Source: Aridibacter sp. (lineage in GTDB: Bacteria; Acidobacteriota; Blastocatellia; Pyrinomonadales; Pyrinomonadaceae). Taken from it: a stretch of DNA of 64,000 nucleotides. The stretch is taken from positions 28,893 through 92,892 of the forward strand of contig DATKCW010000011.1 in NCBI GenBank assembly GCA_035513035.1, given 5' to 3'. The notes beneath the pieces are model-generated. The model saw only the letters and a list, made by a program, of their open reading frames with translations. It searched no databases and was not told the origin of the DNA. Both the position numbers and the translations under genes were made by a program. This document shows positions 27,089-36,756 of this stretch, in pieces. Position 1 is the first letter of the stretch. Each line of letters begins with the position of its first letter.

Positions 27089-28270
27089 TTATATTCCCAG
27101 CTCTTCCTTCGCTTCCCCAAATTTCCCGATCGCGAATTCGAGGTCCTTTTTCGAATGCGCCGCCGAGACCTGCGTCCTGATCCTGGCCTGGCCCATCGGG
27201 ACGACCGGGTACGAGAATCCGATCACGTAAACGCCCTTTTCCAGCAGCAGATCGGCCATCTTCGTAGCGAGCGCCGCGTCGCCGAGCATCACCGGCACGA
27301 TCGGGTGTTTGCCCGGAAGCACCTCCAGTCCGATCTTCGCGATCTCTTCGCGGAAGTACGCCGTGTTCGACGCGAGTTTGTCCCTGAGTTCGGTCGATCC
27401 CGAAAGCATTTCGATCGCCCGGATCGAGCCCGCGACGATCGCCGGCGCCACCGTGTTCGAAAAAAGGTACGGGCGCGAACGCTGGCGGAGCATCTCGACG
27501 ATCTCATTTCTCGCGCTTGTGTATCCGCCGCTCGCTCCGCCGAGCGCTTTGCCGAGCGTTCCCGTGATGATGTCGATCCGGTCCACCACTCCGTGGTGCT
27601 CGTGGGTTCCGCGGCCTTGTTCGCCGACGAATCCGACGGCGTGCGAGTCGTCGACCATCACCATCGCGTCGTACTTCTCGGCCAGGTCGCAGATCTCCGG
27701 GAGTTTCGCGAAATAGCCGTCCATCGAGAATACGCCGTCAGTCGCGATCATCCTGCGCCGCGCGCCCGAAGCCTCTTTCAGCTTTTCTTCGAGGTCGTTC
27801 ATATCGCCGTTGGCGTATCGAAAACGCTGAGCCTTGCACAGGCGGATCCCATCGATGATCGACGCGTGGTTGAGCGCGTCGGAGATGACCGCGTCCTTTT
27901 CGCCGAGGATCGTTTCGAACAGGCCTCCGTTGGCGTCGAAGCACGACGTGTAAAGGATCGTGTCCTCCATTCCCAGGAACTCGCTGATCTTTTTCTCAAG
28001 CCGTTTGTGGATCGTCTGCGTGCCGCATATGAACCGGACGGACGCGAGCCCGTAGCCCCATTCGTCAAGCGCTTTCTTTGCCGCCTCGATGATCGAAGGA
28101 TCGTCGGCGAGCCCCAGGTAGTTGTTGGCGCACATATTGAGGACTTCGCCTCCGGCGACATCGATGTGCGCGTCCTGAGGCGTCTCGATGACGCGCTCGG
28201 ATTTGTAGAGGCCCGCTTCGCGGATCTCGTCGATCTGGTCGATCAATTGTTGTTTGGCTGAAGAGTACAT
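27089..28270 (-). CDS. kbl: glycine C-acetyltransferase (2-amino-3-ketobutyrate CoA ligase)
   Basis: ORF 27089..28405 trimmed to [33 protein letters not shown] and a PLP-lysine region typical of Kbl. Confidence 0.9.
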   Translation of the reverse strand: MYSSAKQQLIDQIDEIREAGLYKSERVIETPQDAHIDVAGGEVLNMCANNYLGLADDPSIIEAAKKALDEWGYGLASVRFICGTQTIHKRLEKKISEFLGMEDTILYTSCFDANGGLFETILGEKDAVISDALNHASIIDGIRLCKAQRFRYANGDMNDLEEKLKEASGARRRMIATDGVFSMDGYFAKLPEICDLAEKYDAMVMVDDSHAVGFVGEQGRGTHEHHGVVDRIDIITGTLGKALGGASGGYTSARNEIVEMLRQRSRPYLFSNTVAPAIVAGSIRAIEMLSGSTELRDKLASNTAYFREEIAKIGLEVLPGKHPIVPVMLGDAALATKMADLLLEKGVYVIGFSYPVVPMGQARIRTQVSAAHSKKDLEFAIGKFGEAKEELGI

Positions 28271-28497
28271 ATTCGTTAGTGCTGAGTACTGAGAGATGAG
28301 TACTGAGCGTCGAGAAGACACGTTCGGAGTGCAAGCTTCAGCTTGAATCACGTCGCGTTGCGCGGGCAAAAGTCGCGAATGCGGCCTTCCAGGGTGTCGA
28401 CTCAAGCGCCCGTTTAGAGCCGCGCTTCGCGCTGCCCTGGCCGCGCGAAGCGCGGCTTAATCGATGTCCCGTCGCTTTTACTCCGGGTATCGTTGTG

Positions 28498-28595
28498 TCG
28501 CCGCAAACGCGGCTCCGGTCGACGGGGGCGCCCCCCGGTGGGTTCCGCCTTCGGCTTCACCCACGGCTAAAGGCATCTGTCCGCTTCGCGGACGC
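28498..28595 (+). repeat. three-hairpin element (copy 11, inside the tdh-kbl spacer)
   Basis: GCCGC-AAAC-GCGGC, GGTGGGTT..CACCCACGG-CTAAAGGCA, GTCCGC-TTC-GCGGAC. Confidence 0.7.
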
Positions 28596-28765
28596 GAACC
28601 CTAGCTCCTGACTTCTGACTTCTCCAAGTAGCCTCCCTGACGGTCGGGCTTCGGACACGTGCTGACTTCTGTTTTCTGACTTCTCTAAGTAGCCCTCCCA
28701 AGGGTCGGGCCGCGGTCACGTGCTGACTCCTGACTTCCGACTCCTGACTTCTGACTTCTCATGGA
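28596..28765 (+). repeat. heptamer runs plus GTAGCC..GGACACG words in the tdh-kbl spacer
   Basis: CTGACTTCTGACTTCTCCAAGTAGCCTCCCTGACGGTCGGGCTTCGGACACGTGCTGACTTCTG..., duplicated in tandem. Confidence 0.7.
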
Positions 28766-28801
28766 ACCTGGAACTTGGAACCTTGAACAGCAGCGAAGCT
28801 G

Positions 28802-29833
28802 CTACTCCGTCCAATCGAGAATAACCTTCCCGCTGTCGCCCGTCTTCATCGCCTCGAAGCCTTGCTCGAAGTCCTTGTAGCCGTAGCGGTGCGTGATCAC
28901 CGGGCTTATGTCCAGGCCGGTCTCGATCAGCACGCTCATCTGGTACCAGGTCTCGTACATCTGCCGGCCGTAGATCCCCTTGATGTCCAGCATGTTGAAG
29001 ATCACCGTCTTCCAGTCGATAGAGAACTCGTCTGACGGAATGCCCAGGAATGCGATGTTGCCGCCGTGGGCCATATTCGCGAGCATGTCCCTCAGCGCCG
29101 AAGGACTGCCCGACATCTCGAAGCCGACGTCGAAACCCTCCACCATCCCGAGTTCTTTCTGCGTGTCGGCGATCGACACCTCTTTTGTATTGATCGCCTT
29201 CGTAACGGTGCCCATCTTCTCGGCAAGCTCGAGACGCTTCGGGTTGATGTCCGTGATGACGATGAACCGCGCGCCCGCTTTCCTGGCGACCGCCGACGAC
29301 ATTATCCCGATCGGGCCTGCACCGGTGATCAGCACGTCCTCGCCGAAGACCTCGAACGCCAGCGCCGTGTGCACCGCGTTGCCGAACGGATCGAAGATCG
29401 CCGCTACATCGAGATCGATCCCCGGCTCGTGCTTCCATATGTTCGTGTAGGGGACGACCATATATTCTGCGAATCCGCCGTCGGTGTTCACGCCGAAGCC
29501 GAGCGTGTTTGCGCATTTGTAGCGGCGCCCGGCGAGGCAGTTCCGGCATCGGCCGCAGACAAGGTGCCCTTCGACGCTGACGATGTCGCCTTCGTAGAAG
29601 TCGTTGACGTTCAAGCCGACCTCGATGATCTCTCCGACTATCTCGTGGCCGAGGATGGTTGGGACCTTGATCGTGCTCTGTGACCACGCGTCCCAGTTAT
29701 AAATGTGGACATCCGTGCCGCAGATCCCGGTTTTCAGCACACGGATCTTGACGTCGTTTATCCCGTTCCCGGGTTCCGGAACGTCCTCAAGCCAAAGCCC
29801 CGGTTCGGCTTTGCTCTTTACGATTGCTTTCAT
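28802..29833 (-). CDS. tdh: L-threonine 3-dehydrogenase
   Basis: Trimmed to [21 protein letters not shown]. Zn-ADH motifs GHEIVGEI and CGRCRNC, and GAGPIG NAD loop. Confidence 0.9.
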   Translation of the reverse strand: MKAIVKSKAEPGLWLEDVPEPGNGINDVKIRVLKTGICGTDVHIYNWDAWSQSTIKVPTILGHEIVGEIIEVGLNVNDFYEGDIVSVEGHLVCGRCRNCLAGRRYKCANTLGFGVNTDGGFAEYMVVPYTNIWKHEPGIDLDVAAIFDPFGNAVHTALAFEVFGEDVLITGAGPIGIMSSAVARKAGARFIVITDINPKRLELAEKMGTVTKAINTKEVSIADTQKELGMVEGFDVGFEMSGSPSALRDMLANMAHGGNIAFLGIPSDEFSIDWKTVIFNMLDIKGIYGRQMYETWYQMSVLIETGLDISPVITHRYGYKDFEQGFEAMKTGDSGKVILDWTE

Positions 29834-29880
29834 AGATTTAACGAGATGTCTTCGGTAGAGCAATGATATGAGAGGGCGGG

Positions 29881-30036
29881 AAGTCTGTCGAGTCGATTCA
29901 GTCCGTCGAGTCTATCGGGTCTGTCGAGTCTGTCGGGTCGAGCGTTGTCGACTGGAGCGCGGGAAGCCTGCCCGCATTGAGCGAAGCGAACCGCGAACAT
30001 GGACCGTGATTTATTCGGGTCTGTCGGGTCTGTCGT
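29881..30036 (+). repeat. nonamer runs flanking the 45 bp word
   Basis: 29881-29940 and 30016-30036 are nonamers. 29948-29992 is GACTGGAGCGCGGGAAGCCTGCCCGCATTGAGCGAAGCG. Confidence 0.7.
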
Positions 30037-30634
30037 GCCGACTTTGAACTTTGATCCTGAAACGGGCCCGCGCTGACGCTGGGGGTTCTGCGCGTACAGC
30101 CCCCTCGCTCACGCTCGGGGTTCCGCCCCGCAGGTTTCGCGCTACCTCAGAACTTTGAACCCCAAACTCTACGGGCCCTGCACAGGTACGCCAGCCAAAC
30201 CACTCGTGAGCTCTCGCCGGTTTAACCCGTGCGCTCGTGCGTGGACGTGCCCGTCAGACGTGGCGATGTGATAGTATACAGGCGTTCGCTCACTCTGAAG
30301 TGTTGCACAGCACGGTCGGCGTCTTGAAAATCGGAAAGGATCGGCGGGATCAGTTCCACCTTTTTGCCCCAACTTACTTGACTTTTAACCCGCGAATTAC
30401 CATATTCGCCGTAGGCCCGCCCGACGCTTTCGTATTCTTGACCTTCAGCCGTAAATTGCCCTGCGGGCCTTAGTGAGCCGGTTCACGCCCGTGAGGGGTG
30501 CGTACCTGCTAACGTCCAAAAGGAACCCACGGTCCCGAATCGACGTTAGAAGGGGCGTACGGGATTGTCCGTGGGCGGGCGTTCAAATTTCGATCCGGGA
30601 TTACGGCACTCGGATCAGTTTCGGAATCAATCAG

Positions 30635-32227
30635 ATGAAGATCCTGCTTTACAACCCCGACAACGGCGTGACCCGAAATTTCATGCCCCACCTGTGGATG
30701 TTCCTTCTGCAATCCATTACACCCGAGGGCCACGACGTAGTACTCATCGACGGCAATGCGAAAGCAATGACCCGGGACGAACTTGTCCGGTTCTGCCTCG
30801 ATGAGGAGATCGGCCTTGTCGGGATCGGTTCGATGACCCGAATGGTCGCCCGCGCGTATCGGGTCGCCGACGCTTTAAGGGACGCCGGGATCCGCGTCGT
30901 GATGGGCGGTCCGCACGTAACCGAATGCCCCGACGAGGCGCTCGGCCGCGACGGCGGTCCACGTCACGCGGATGCGGTCGCGCTCGGTGAAGCCGATGAT
31001 TACTGGTCGGACATTGTAGAGGACGCTGCAAAAGGCGAACTAAAGGAAATCTACAAACCGAAGTTCGACGAGAAGGGCAACGACGTGAAACCGCCGCTGC
31101 AGCCATATCCGCACATCCCCTGGGAAAGCCTGGACCTTGAGCAGTTCAGCCTTGTGCCGAAACCATTCAGAAAACTGATGTCGAAGATGGGAGCGGGCTG
31201 GGGAAAGTTCTTCGTCGTCCCGATCGAGACCGGCCGGGGGTGTCCCTACGGGTGCGAGTTCTGCACGGTGACCGGCTTCTTCGGAGATTCGATCCGGTTC
31301 CGGACAAACGAAAGCGTCGTCGAGGAACTTCTCCGTTTGAAGGAACGGGCAAAAAACGAGAGAGGCCAGATCGCGGTCTTCTTCATCGACGACAACCTGG
31401 CTATAAACAAGAAAAGACTCAAGTCGTTGCTTCGCGACATCATCGCGGCGAAGGCTCAACTGCCCTGGGTGGCGCAGATCAGCGCCAACCTTCTGAGCGA
31501 CGAAGAGCTGGTCGACCTGATAGCTGAGGCTGGAGGGAAGTGGATCTTCATCGGGATGGAATCGATCGACCCCGAGAACATGGCCTCGGTCAATAAGAAC
31601 TTTTCTAAGCCGGCGGATTACAAGCAGGTCCTCGACAGGCTGGCCGCCCGGAACTTGTACGCGATCACTTCCTTTATCTTTGGAATGGATAACGACACCA
31701 AAGGTGTCGCTGCAAGGACCGTCGACCAGATCGAATCCTGGTCGCCGGGACTCCCTGTGTTCGGCCAGCTTACCCCGTTCCCCGCTACGCCGCTTTACGA
31801 ACGGCTTGAAAAAGAAGGCCGGCTTAAACGGCCGAAACACTGGCTGGAATTCGCGCCGTTCGTGATGGCCCACACTCCGGGGAAGATGACGGTCAAAGAA
31901 GCGAGGGAGGAGACCGACTACGCGTGGCAGAGATCGTACAGCCCTGAGCGCAACGCCGAAGCTCTTGAAGCGATAGCCGACGCGCCTATCCAGTACCGCA
32001 TCAGCCATCTTGTCGCGAGGCTGTTCTTTCGGGGCATTTACTTCCCGCAGATGAGCAAGTTCGCATGGCTGAAACTCATCTTTAGCAACAGGAAGCCGGT
32101 AGTCGGACTCGCGCGCGAGGGGTTCTCAACGTGGAGAGAGGCGCGCAGGCGCGTCAACGACCGTGATGAGACCGTGGTTGAAACTCTTCAGGGGGAACTG
32201 CGAGAAGCGGCCAACCACGATTCCTGA
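30635..32227 (+). CDS. B12-binding domain radical SAM protein (with DUF4070-like C terminus)
   Basis: Trimmed to MKILLYNPDNG. B12-binding N domain, radical SAM cluster motif GCPYGCEFCTV. Confidence 0.8.
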   Translation: MKILLYNPDNGVTRNFMPHLWMFLLQSITPEGHDVVLIDGNAKAMTRDELVRFCLDEEIGLVGIGSMTRMVARAYRVADALRDAGIRVVMGGPHVTECPDEALGRDGGPRHADAVALGEADDYWSDIVEDAAKGELKEIYKPKFDEKGNDVKPPLQPYPHIPWESLDLEQFSLVPKPFRKLMSKMGAGWGKFFVVPIETGRGCPYGCEFCTVTGFFGDSIRFRTNESVVEELLRLKERAKNERGQIAVFFIDDNLAINKKRLKSLLRDIIAAKAQLPWVAQISANLLSDEELVDLIAEAGGKWIFIGMESIDPENMASVNKNFSKPADYKQVLDRLAARNLYAITSFIFGMDNDTKGVAARTVDQIESWSPGLPVFGQLTPFPATPLYERLEKEGRLKRPKHWLEFAPFVMAHTPGKMTVKEAREETDYAWQRSYSPERNAEALEAIADAPIQYRISHLVARLFFRGIYFPQMSKFAWLKLIFSNRKPVVGLAREGFSTWREARRRVNDRDETVVETLQGELREAANHDS

Positions 32228-32488
32228 CTTGCAATTGGCGGCATATACCCCCACAATAATGCTCAGTTAACCTTCTCTCGCGCATTAACGGTAATGCGCC
32301 CCGTCCTGCAAGATAGTGACTGACGGCGTTTGAGATAGTTCGAGAGTCGGAAAGTTGATAGCACAGAAGCCGCTTTAGTGATAGAGCAATCCGAAACACG
32401 ACCCTTCCCGAGCACACCGTTTCTCCGAAGACAACTCGATTCGACGCTTCTTTAGACTTGTTCCGAAACCGGGACAAAGGAGATTACT

Positions 32489-32806
32489 ATGTCTACCAAA
32501 CTTTATGTCGGAAACCTTTCGTTTGATACATCCGATCACGATCTTGAAGAGCTTTTCAGCAGCGCAGGAACGGTTGAATCCGCGAATGTGATCACAGACC
32601 GCGACACGGGCCGCTCGCGCGGATTCGGATTCGTCGAGATGTCGAGCACGGAAGAAGCCAACAACGCGATCGCGGAGTTCAACGGAAAGGAAGTTGGCGG
32701 CCGCGACATCGTCGTCAATGAAGCCAAGCCCCGCGTCGATCGCGGAGGCGGAGGCGGAGGCGGCGGATACGGAGGCGGAGGCGGCGGACGTCGCAACCGC
32801 TGGTAA
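32489..32806 (+). CDS. RRM-type RNA-binding protein with Gly-rich tail
   Basis: KLYVGNLSF (RNP2), RGFGFVEM (RNP1), GGGGGGGGYGGGGGGRRNRW tail, AAAGGAG RBS. Confidence 0.9.
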   Translation: MSTKLYVGNLSFDTSDHDLEELFSSAGTVESANVITDRDTGRSRGFGFVEMSSTEEANNAIAEFNGKEVGGRDIVVNEAKPRVDRGGGGGGGGYGGGGGGRRNRW

Positions 32807-32837
32807 GGCGATCCGCCGAACCAGATTTATTAACAAT

Positions 32838-32871
32838 GAGTGCCCGGCTTTTTGTTATCAGCCGGGCACTC
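32838..32871 (+). terminator. stem-loop between the rbp and helicase genes (terminator/attenuator)
   Basis: GAGTGCCCGGC-N12-GCCGGGCACTC followed by TCTCTTT. The helicase ATG lies 21 nt downstream. Confidence 0.5.
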
Positions 32872-32891
32872 TCTCTTTGAAAAGGAAATTT

Positions 32892-34049
32892 ATGAACTTC
32901 AGTGAATTGGGACTGAATGACGCGCTTCTGCGCCGATGTGAATCCCAAAACTTTACAACGCCGACGCCGATCCAGGCTAAGGCGATCCCTTTGGTAAAAG
33001 AGGGAATTGACCTAATAGCCTGTGCCGAGACCGGCACCGGCAAGACGGCGGCATTCCTGCTGCCAGTCCTTGACGCGATGATCCGCGAGCGTCGGCCAGG
33101 AGTAAACCTCCTTGTTGTAGCACCTACTCGCGAACTCGCGATGCAGATAGAGAAGGACTACCTTCTTTTTGCACCCAAGAACTTCAAGAGCGTCTGCCTG
33201 ATCGGCGGCACGAATATAAATAAACAAACGAATAAGCTTCGAAGCGGCGTGAGCACAGTAATTGCGACGCCCGGAAGGTTAATCGACCACGTTGAACGCG
33301 GAAACGTTGACCTTCGGACGACACGAACGCTTGTTCTCGACGAAGCGGACCGGATGCTCGACATGGGCTTCCTTCCGCAAATACGTAAGATCCTGGGGTT
33401 CCTGCCGGCTGAACGGCAGAATCTCCTATTTTCGGCTACGATGCCGGATTCCGTGAAGGGCCTGGCCTACTCGATGATGGAAGATCCGGAATTCGTTGAG
33501 GCAAGCCCGAGGAACAAACCCCCGCGGACGATCGAAGAGATCGCCTACACGGTGCCGGGAAATTCCAAGATCGCATTGCTCCTGGACCTCCTGGAGAACG
33601 GGGAGCTCGAGAAGGTCATTATCTTCACCGCGACCAAGCGGGGAGCTGACAGGCTCGCTCATATCCTCAACGCAAGGGAGCTAAACGCCGGGATAATCCA
33701 TTCCGACAGGACCCAGTCCCAGAGGGAAAGGGAGCTGCAGGATTTCAAGGCCGGAAAGAAACAGGTGCTGGTCGCGACGGACATTGCAAGCCGCGGTATC
33801 GATATCGATTCCGTGACCCACGTGGTGAATTACGACGTTCCCTCGCCACCTGAAGATTATGTTCACAGGGTCGGCAGGACCGGACGGGCGGGCCGGCTCG
33901 GGCAGGCGATCACTCTCGTGACCCCGATCGAGGAGCTCGCGATGCGCAGCATCGAGATGCTCACGGAAAAGAAGATCGAACGGATCGAGCATCCCGAATT
34001 TGGCCCGAAAGCGATTCGGGAAAGAAAGCTGATCGCTCTTGCGGCGTAG
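32892..34049 (+). CDS. DEAD-box ATP-dependent RNA helicase
   Basis: Trimmed to MNFSELGLNDAL. Q motif TPIQ, AETGTGKT, DEAD, SAT, HRVGRTGRAG. Confidence 0.9.
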   Translation: MNFSELGLNDALLRRCESQNFTTPTPIQAKAIPLVKEGIDLIACAETGTGKTAAFLLPVLDAMIRERRPGVNLLVVAPTRELAMQIEKDYLLFAPKNFKSVCLIGGTNINKQTNKLRSGVSTVIATPGRLIDHVERGNVDLRTTRTLVLDEADRMLDMGFLPQIRKILGFLPAERQNLLFSATMPDSVKGLAYSMMEDPEFVEASPRNKPPRTIEEIAYTVPGNSKIALLLDLLENGELEKVIIFTATKRGADRLAHILNARELNAGIIHSDRTQSQRERELQDFKAGKKQVLVATDIASRGIDIDSVTHVVNYDVPSPPEDYVHRVGRTGRAGRLGQAITLVTPIEELAMRSIEMLTEKKIERIEHPEFGPKAIRERKLIALAA

Positions 34050-34071
34050 AAGGCGGTCTTTTCAGTCTTTC

Positions 34072-34303
34072 GGGTCTGTCGGGTCTGTCGGGTCTGTCGG
34101 GTCTGTTGAGTCTGTCGGGTCTGTTGAGTCTGTCGGGTCTGTCGGGTCTGTTGAGTCTATCGGGTCTGTCGGGTCTGTTGAGTCTATCGGGTCTGTTGGG
34201 TCTGTTGAGTCTGTCGGGTCTGTTGAGTCTGTCGGGTCTGTTGAGTCTATCGGGTCTGTTGAGTCTGTTGAGTCTGTCGGGTCTGTTGAGTCTATCGGGT
34301 CTG
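34072..34303 (+). repeat. nonamer minisatellite, ~26 units (GGGTCTGTC/GAGTCTGTT/GAGTCTATC)
   Basis: Starts 23 bp after the helicase stop. Open in all frames, which generates spurious ORFs on both strands. Confidence 0.85.
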
Positions 34304-34593
34304 ACAGCCCGCGAAGCGGGCGACATATAACAGCTCCACGTGAAGCGAAGCGGAACGTGGAGAATGTCGTGAGACGAGTCTCAGCCTGCGAAGCAGGCGG
34401 CATAGGCCTGCTCCACGTGAAGCAAAGCGGAACGTGGAGTCTCGGTACGCAGGGTTTGTTCACCTGCGAGCCTACGCATTTGTTTGTGGGTCTTCGCGCA
34501 TATTTATTTTTCTACAGGTTTCCTCCACGTACTTGTGCGTGGTTCCTGCATCCCCGGCCAAAATGCGTTTTTGTGTTAAGGTATTAGCAGCTT

Positions 34594-34959
34594 ATGGCTA
34601 CTTCAACCGCAAAAGATAACGGTTACAGCGTTGGCGACAGGGTCGAAAAGGTGTGTCCGGAATGCGATGAACAGCTTGGGCACATCGTCAAATCGGTCAC
34701 GAAGCTCGGCCGGGTATCGAGGGTCATTTGTTCGGAATGCGGGACGGTCGGCACATTCAAAGCCAGTTCCGCAAAGCTCAAGCCCGATAAGAGCAAGCAG
34801 AAATCCGGAGATCCGTACGACTCTTCAAAAACGTACAAGTCGGGACAGATAATGGAGCACGAAGCGTTCGGGCGCGGAAAGGTGGTCGAGGTCCTTGAGA
34901 ACAGGATGATCGACGTACTTTTTCCGGACCGGCTTCGACGGTTGATCCATTCCCGGTAA
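34594..34959 (+). CDS. zinc-ribbon hypothetical protein
   Basis: 121 aa. CPEC...CSEC ribbon, C-terminal HEAFGRGKVVEV tudor/DUF3553-like segment. Confidence 0.5.
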   Translation: MATSTAKDNGYSVGDRVEKVCPECDEQLGHIVKSVTKLGRVSRVICSECGTVGTFKASSAKLKPDKSKQKSGDPYDSSKTYKSGQIMEHEAFGRGKVVEVLENRMIDVLFPDRLRRLIHSR

Positions 34960-35239
34960 ATTATTCCGGTCAAAGAATTTATGCCGGATCCTTTGACGCA
35001 GCAAGTCGCTGTGCAAGGGTCCGGCATTACTTTTTTTCGGGTGGTTTTCAGCTTAGCAGGGCAGTTTCGGCCCGCTGAAATAGCGGCTTTTGTAATCCCG
35101 AAGCGAAGACGGAATCCGAACCCTCTCTTGTGACGAAGCTATATTGCCTAAAACAATGATATATAGAAAGTGAAAGGTTTCTTGAATCGATACGCGCGGG
35201 TAGGGTCCAATTCAGACGGCGCCTGGAGACAATATAACA

Positions 35240-35413
35240 ATGAGAAGATCAGACTACTTGACAATAGGAGCGGCGTTCATTTCGTTACTTTTTTCCGTTT
35301 CGCTCTGGTTCGGAGTGCTTGGCGACGACACGGCATACAACAAACAGGCGGCGATCTTTGTCGGGATCTGGGTGCCCTCGATCCTGACGGCCGGCCGTTA
35401 TTTCAGAAAGTAG
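35240..35413 (+). CDS. small membrane protein (57 aa, two predicted TM helices)
   Basis: Below the 60 aa cut-off of the ORF track. MRRSDYLTIGAAFISLLFSVSLWFGVLGDDTAYNKQAAIFVGIWVPSILTAGRYFRK, with GGAGA 10 nt upstream. Confidence 0.4.
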   Translation: MRRSDYLTIGAAFISLLFSVSLWFGVLGDDTAYNKQAAIFVGIWVPSILTAGRYFRK

Positions 35414-35424
35414 GGAGGTGAAAC

Positions 35425-35547
35425 ATGACTACTGACCTTTTGATCTTCTTCATAGGCTTCGTGGTACTTATGTCGGTCGTCTACGCGATCTTCGCGGAGG
35501 TGACGCTCTTAATGGTCGATAAGGAAGACTCGCCGACCGAGCGTTAG
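35425..35547 (+). CDS. small membrane protein (40 aa, one TM helix)
   Basis: MTTDLLIFFIGFVVLMSVVYAIFAEVTLLMVDKEDSPTER. Strong GGGAGGTG RBS 5 nt upstream; a hairpin plus T-run follows at 35548-35578. Confidence 0.4.
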   Translation: MTTDLLIFFIGFVVLMSVVYAIFAEVTLLMVDKEDSPTER

Positions 35548-35628
35548 AGGCCGATCGGGTTCCCCCGGCCTTTTCTGAACCGTCGTTAGCGTTTATGCTT
35601 TTGGCGTCCCGGTTCGGAAGAGGTTCGG

Positions 35629-36756
35629 ATGGATCTTCAACCCGCGCTTGCCACGGCGCTAGACATCTTTTGTTATGCGCTTTCTGCGATCGTGATCGCA
35701 CTGACCGCGGTGCCCGTTTTCCCGGTCAGCTTCTGGTTGGTACGGATCGGCGACTTCCCACGGATCCAGATCGGCCTTGCGGGAGTTCTCGCGGTCGCAC
35801 TCCTCCTGATCTTCTCTAGACCGCTTACGTTTCTCGACCTGACCGCCGTGGCGTTTGCCTCTGTCGCGGTCATCTATCAGATCCACGCGATACTCCCCTA
35901 CACGCCTTTCTACCCGAAAGAGGTCGAATCGGCGAAATCAGATTCTTCTTCGCAGATAATACGCATCCTTATCTCAAACGTGCTTCTCGAGAACGACGAG
36001 ACCGACAGACTTTTGGCGGCCGTCAAAAACGCCGAACCTGACGTCATTCTTCTCGCCGAAACGAACGAAAAATGGATCGGCCGGATCCAGGCGCTGAAGG
36101 AAAGCCATCCGCACAAGGTCGAAGTACCGCAGGACAACCCGTACGGAATGGCGATGTACTCCAGGCTGGAACTGGTCGGGACGGAGGTGAAACACCTCGT
36201 CGAAGAGGACGTGCCGTCGATCCACACCGGCATCCGCATGCCCTCCGGCGAGGTGGTCAGGTTCTACGGAGTCCATCCGAGGCCGCCCGTGCCTTCCGAA
36301 ACGGGAGAATCGACCGAACGCGACGCGGAGCTTGTCCTCGTCGGAAAACTCGTCCGGGAGAAAGGCGTGCCGGCGATCATCGCGGGCGATATGAACGACG
36401 TCGCGTGGTCGCGCACGACGAAGCTGTTCCAGAAGATCAGCGGGATGCTCGACCCGAGGAAGGGCCGCGGAATGTACAATTCCTTCCACACGGCGTATCC
36501 TTTCCTGCGTTTTCCTCTTGACCACATTTTTCACACCCCGCATTTTCGGCTGGTTGAATTGAAAAGGCTCGACAGCATAGGCTCCGACCATTTCCCGATC
36601 CTCGCTGTGCTTTGCCTTGAGAACGGGGCCGAGAAAGAGCAGGAGGCCCCCGAACCCGACGGCAAAGACATCAAGGAAGCGAATCACAAGGTACGTGAGG
36701 CAGAGCGCAAGAAGGATACAAAGCTCGACGGAGATTCGAACGTAAACGATGCCTGA
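35629..36756 (+). CDS. membrane-anchored endonuclease/exonuclease/phosphatase (EEP) family protein
   Basis: N-terminal TM helices, then EEP motifs (LLAETN, GDMNDVAWS, GSDHFP). Confidence 0.8.
   Translation: MDLQPALATALDIFCYALSAIVIALTAVPVFPVSFWLVRIGDFPRIQIGLAGVLAVALLLIFSRPLTFLDLTAVAFASVAVIYQIHAILPYTPFYPKEVESAKSDSSSQIIRILISNVLLENDETDRLLAAVKNAEPDVILLAETNEKWIGRIQALKESHPHKVEVPQDNPYGMAMYSRLELVGTEVKHLVEEDVPSIHTGIRMPSGEVVRFYGVHPRPPVPSETGESTERDAELVLVGKLVREKGVPAIIAGDMNDVAWSRTTKLFQKISGMLDPRKGRGMYNSFHTAYPFLRFPLDHIFHTPHFRLVELKRLDSIGSDHFPILAVLCLENGAEKEQEAPEPDGKDIKEANHKVREAERKKDTKLDGDSNVNDA

Noticed and set aside
30440-30634. Cobalamin riboswitch upstream of the B12-radical SAM gene
   Set aside because: There is only a vague resemblance (AAAAGGAACCCACGGTCCCGAATC). 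I could not find the B12 box (AGYCMGGAGACCKGCC-like) or the GCCACTG element. An Infernal scan would be needed to be sure.
34039-34587. Listed ORFs inside repeat arrays (also 33961..34326, 34062..34463, 14681..15178, 14716..15045, 15042..15320, 59653..59960, 20203..20550, 21707..21913, 12446..13010, 8282..8831, 3313..3826)
   Set aside because: Their translations are periodic low-complexity strings (GSVGSVESV, SPVSCLL, TDSTDPTD). They are open on both strands and in several frames and lack RBS context, so they are artefacts of stop-free repeats.
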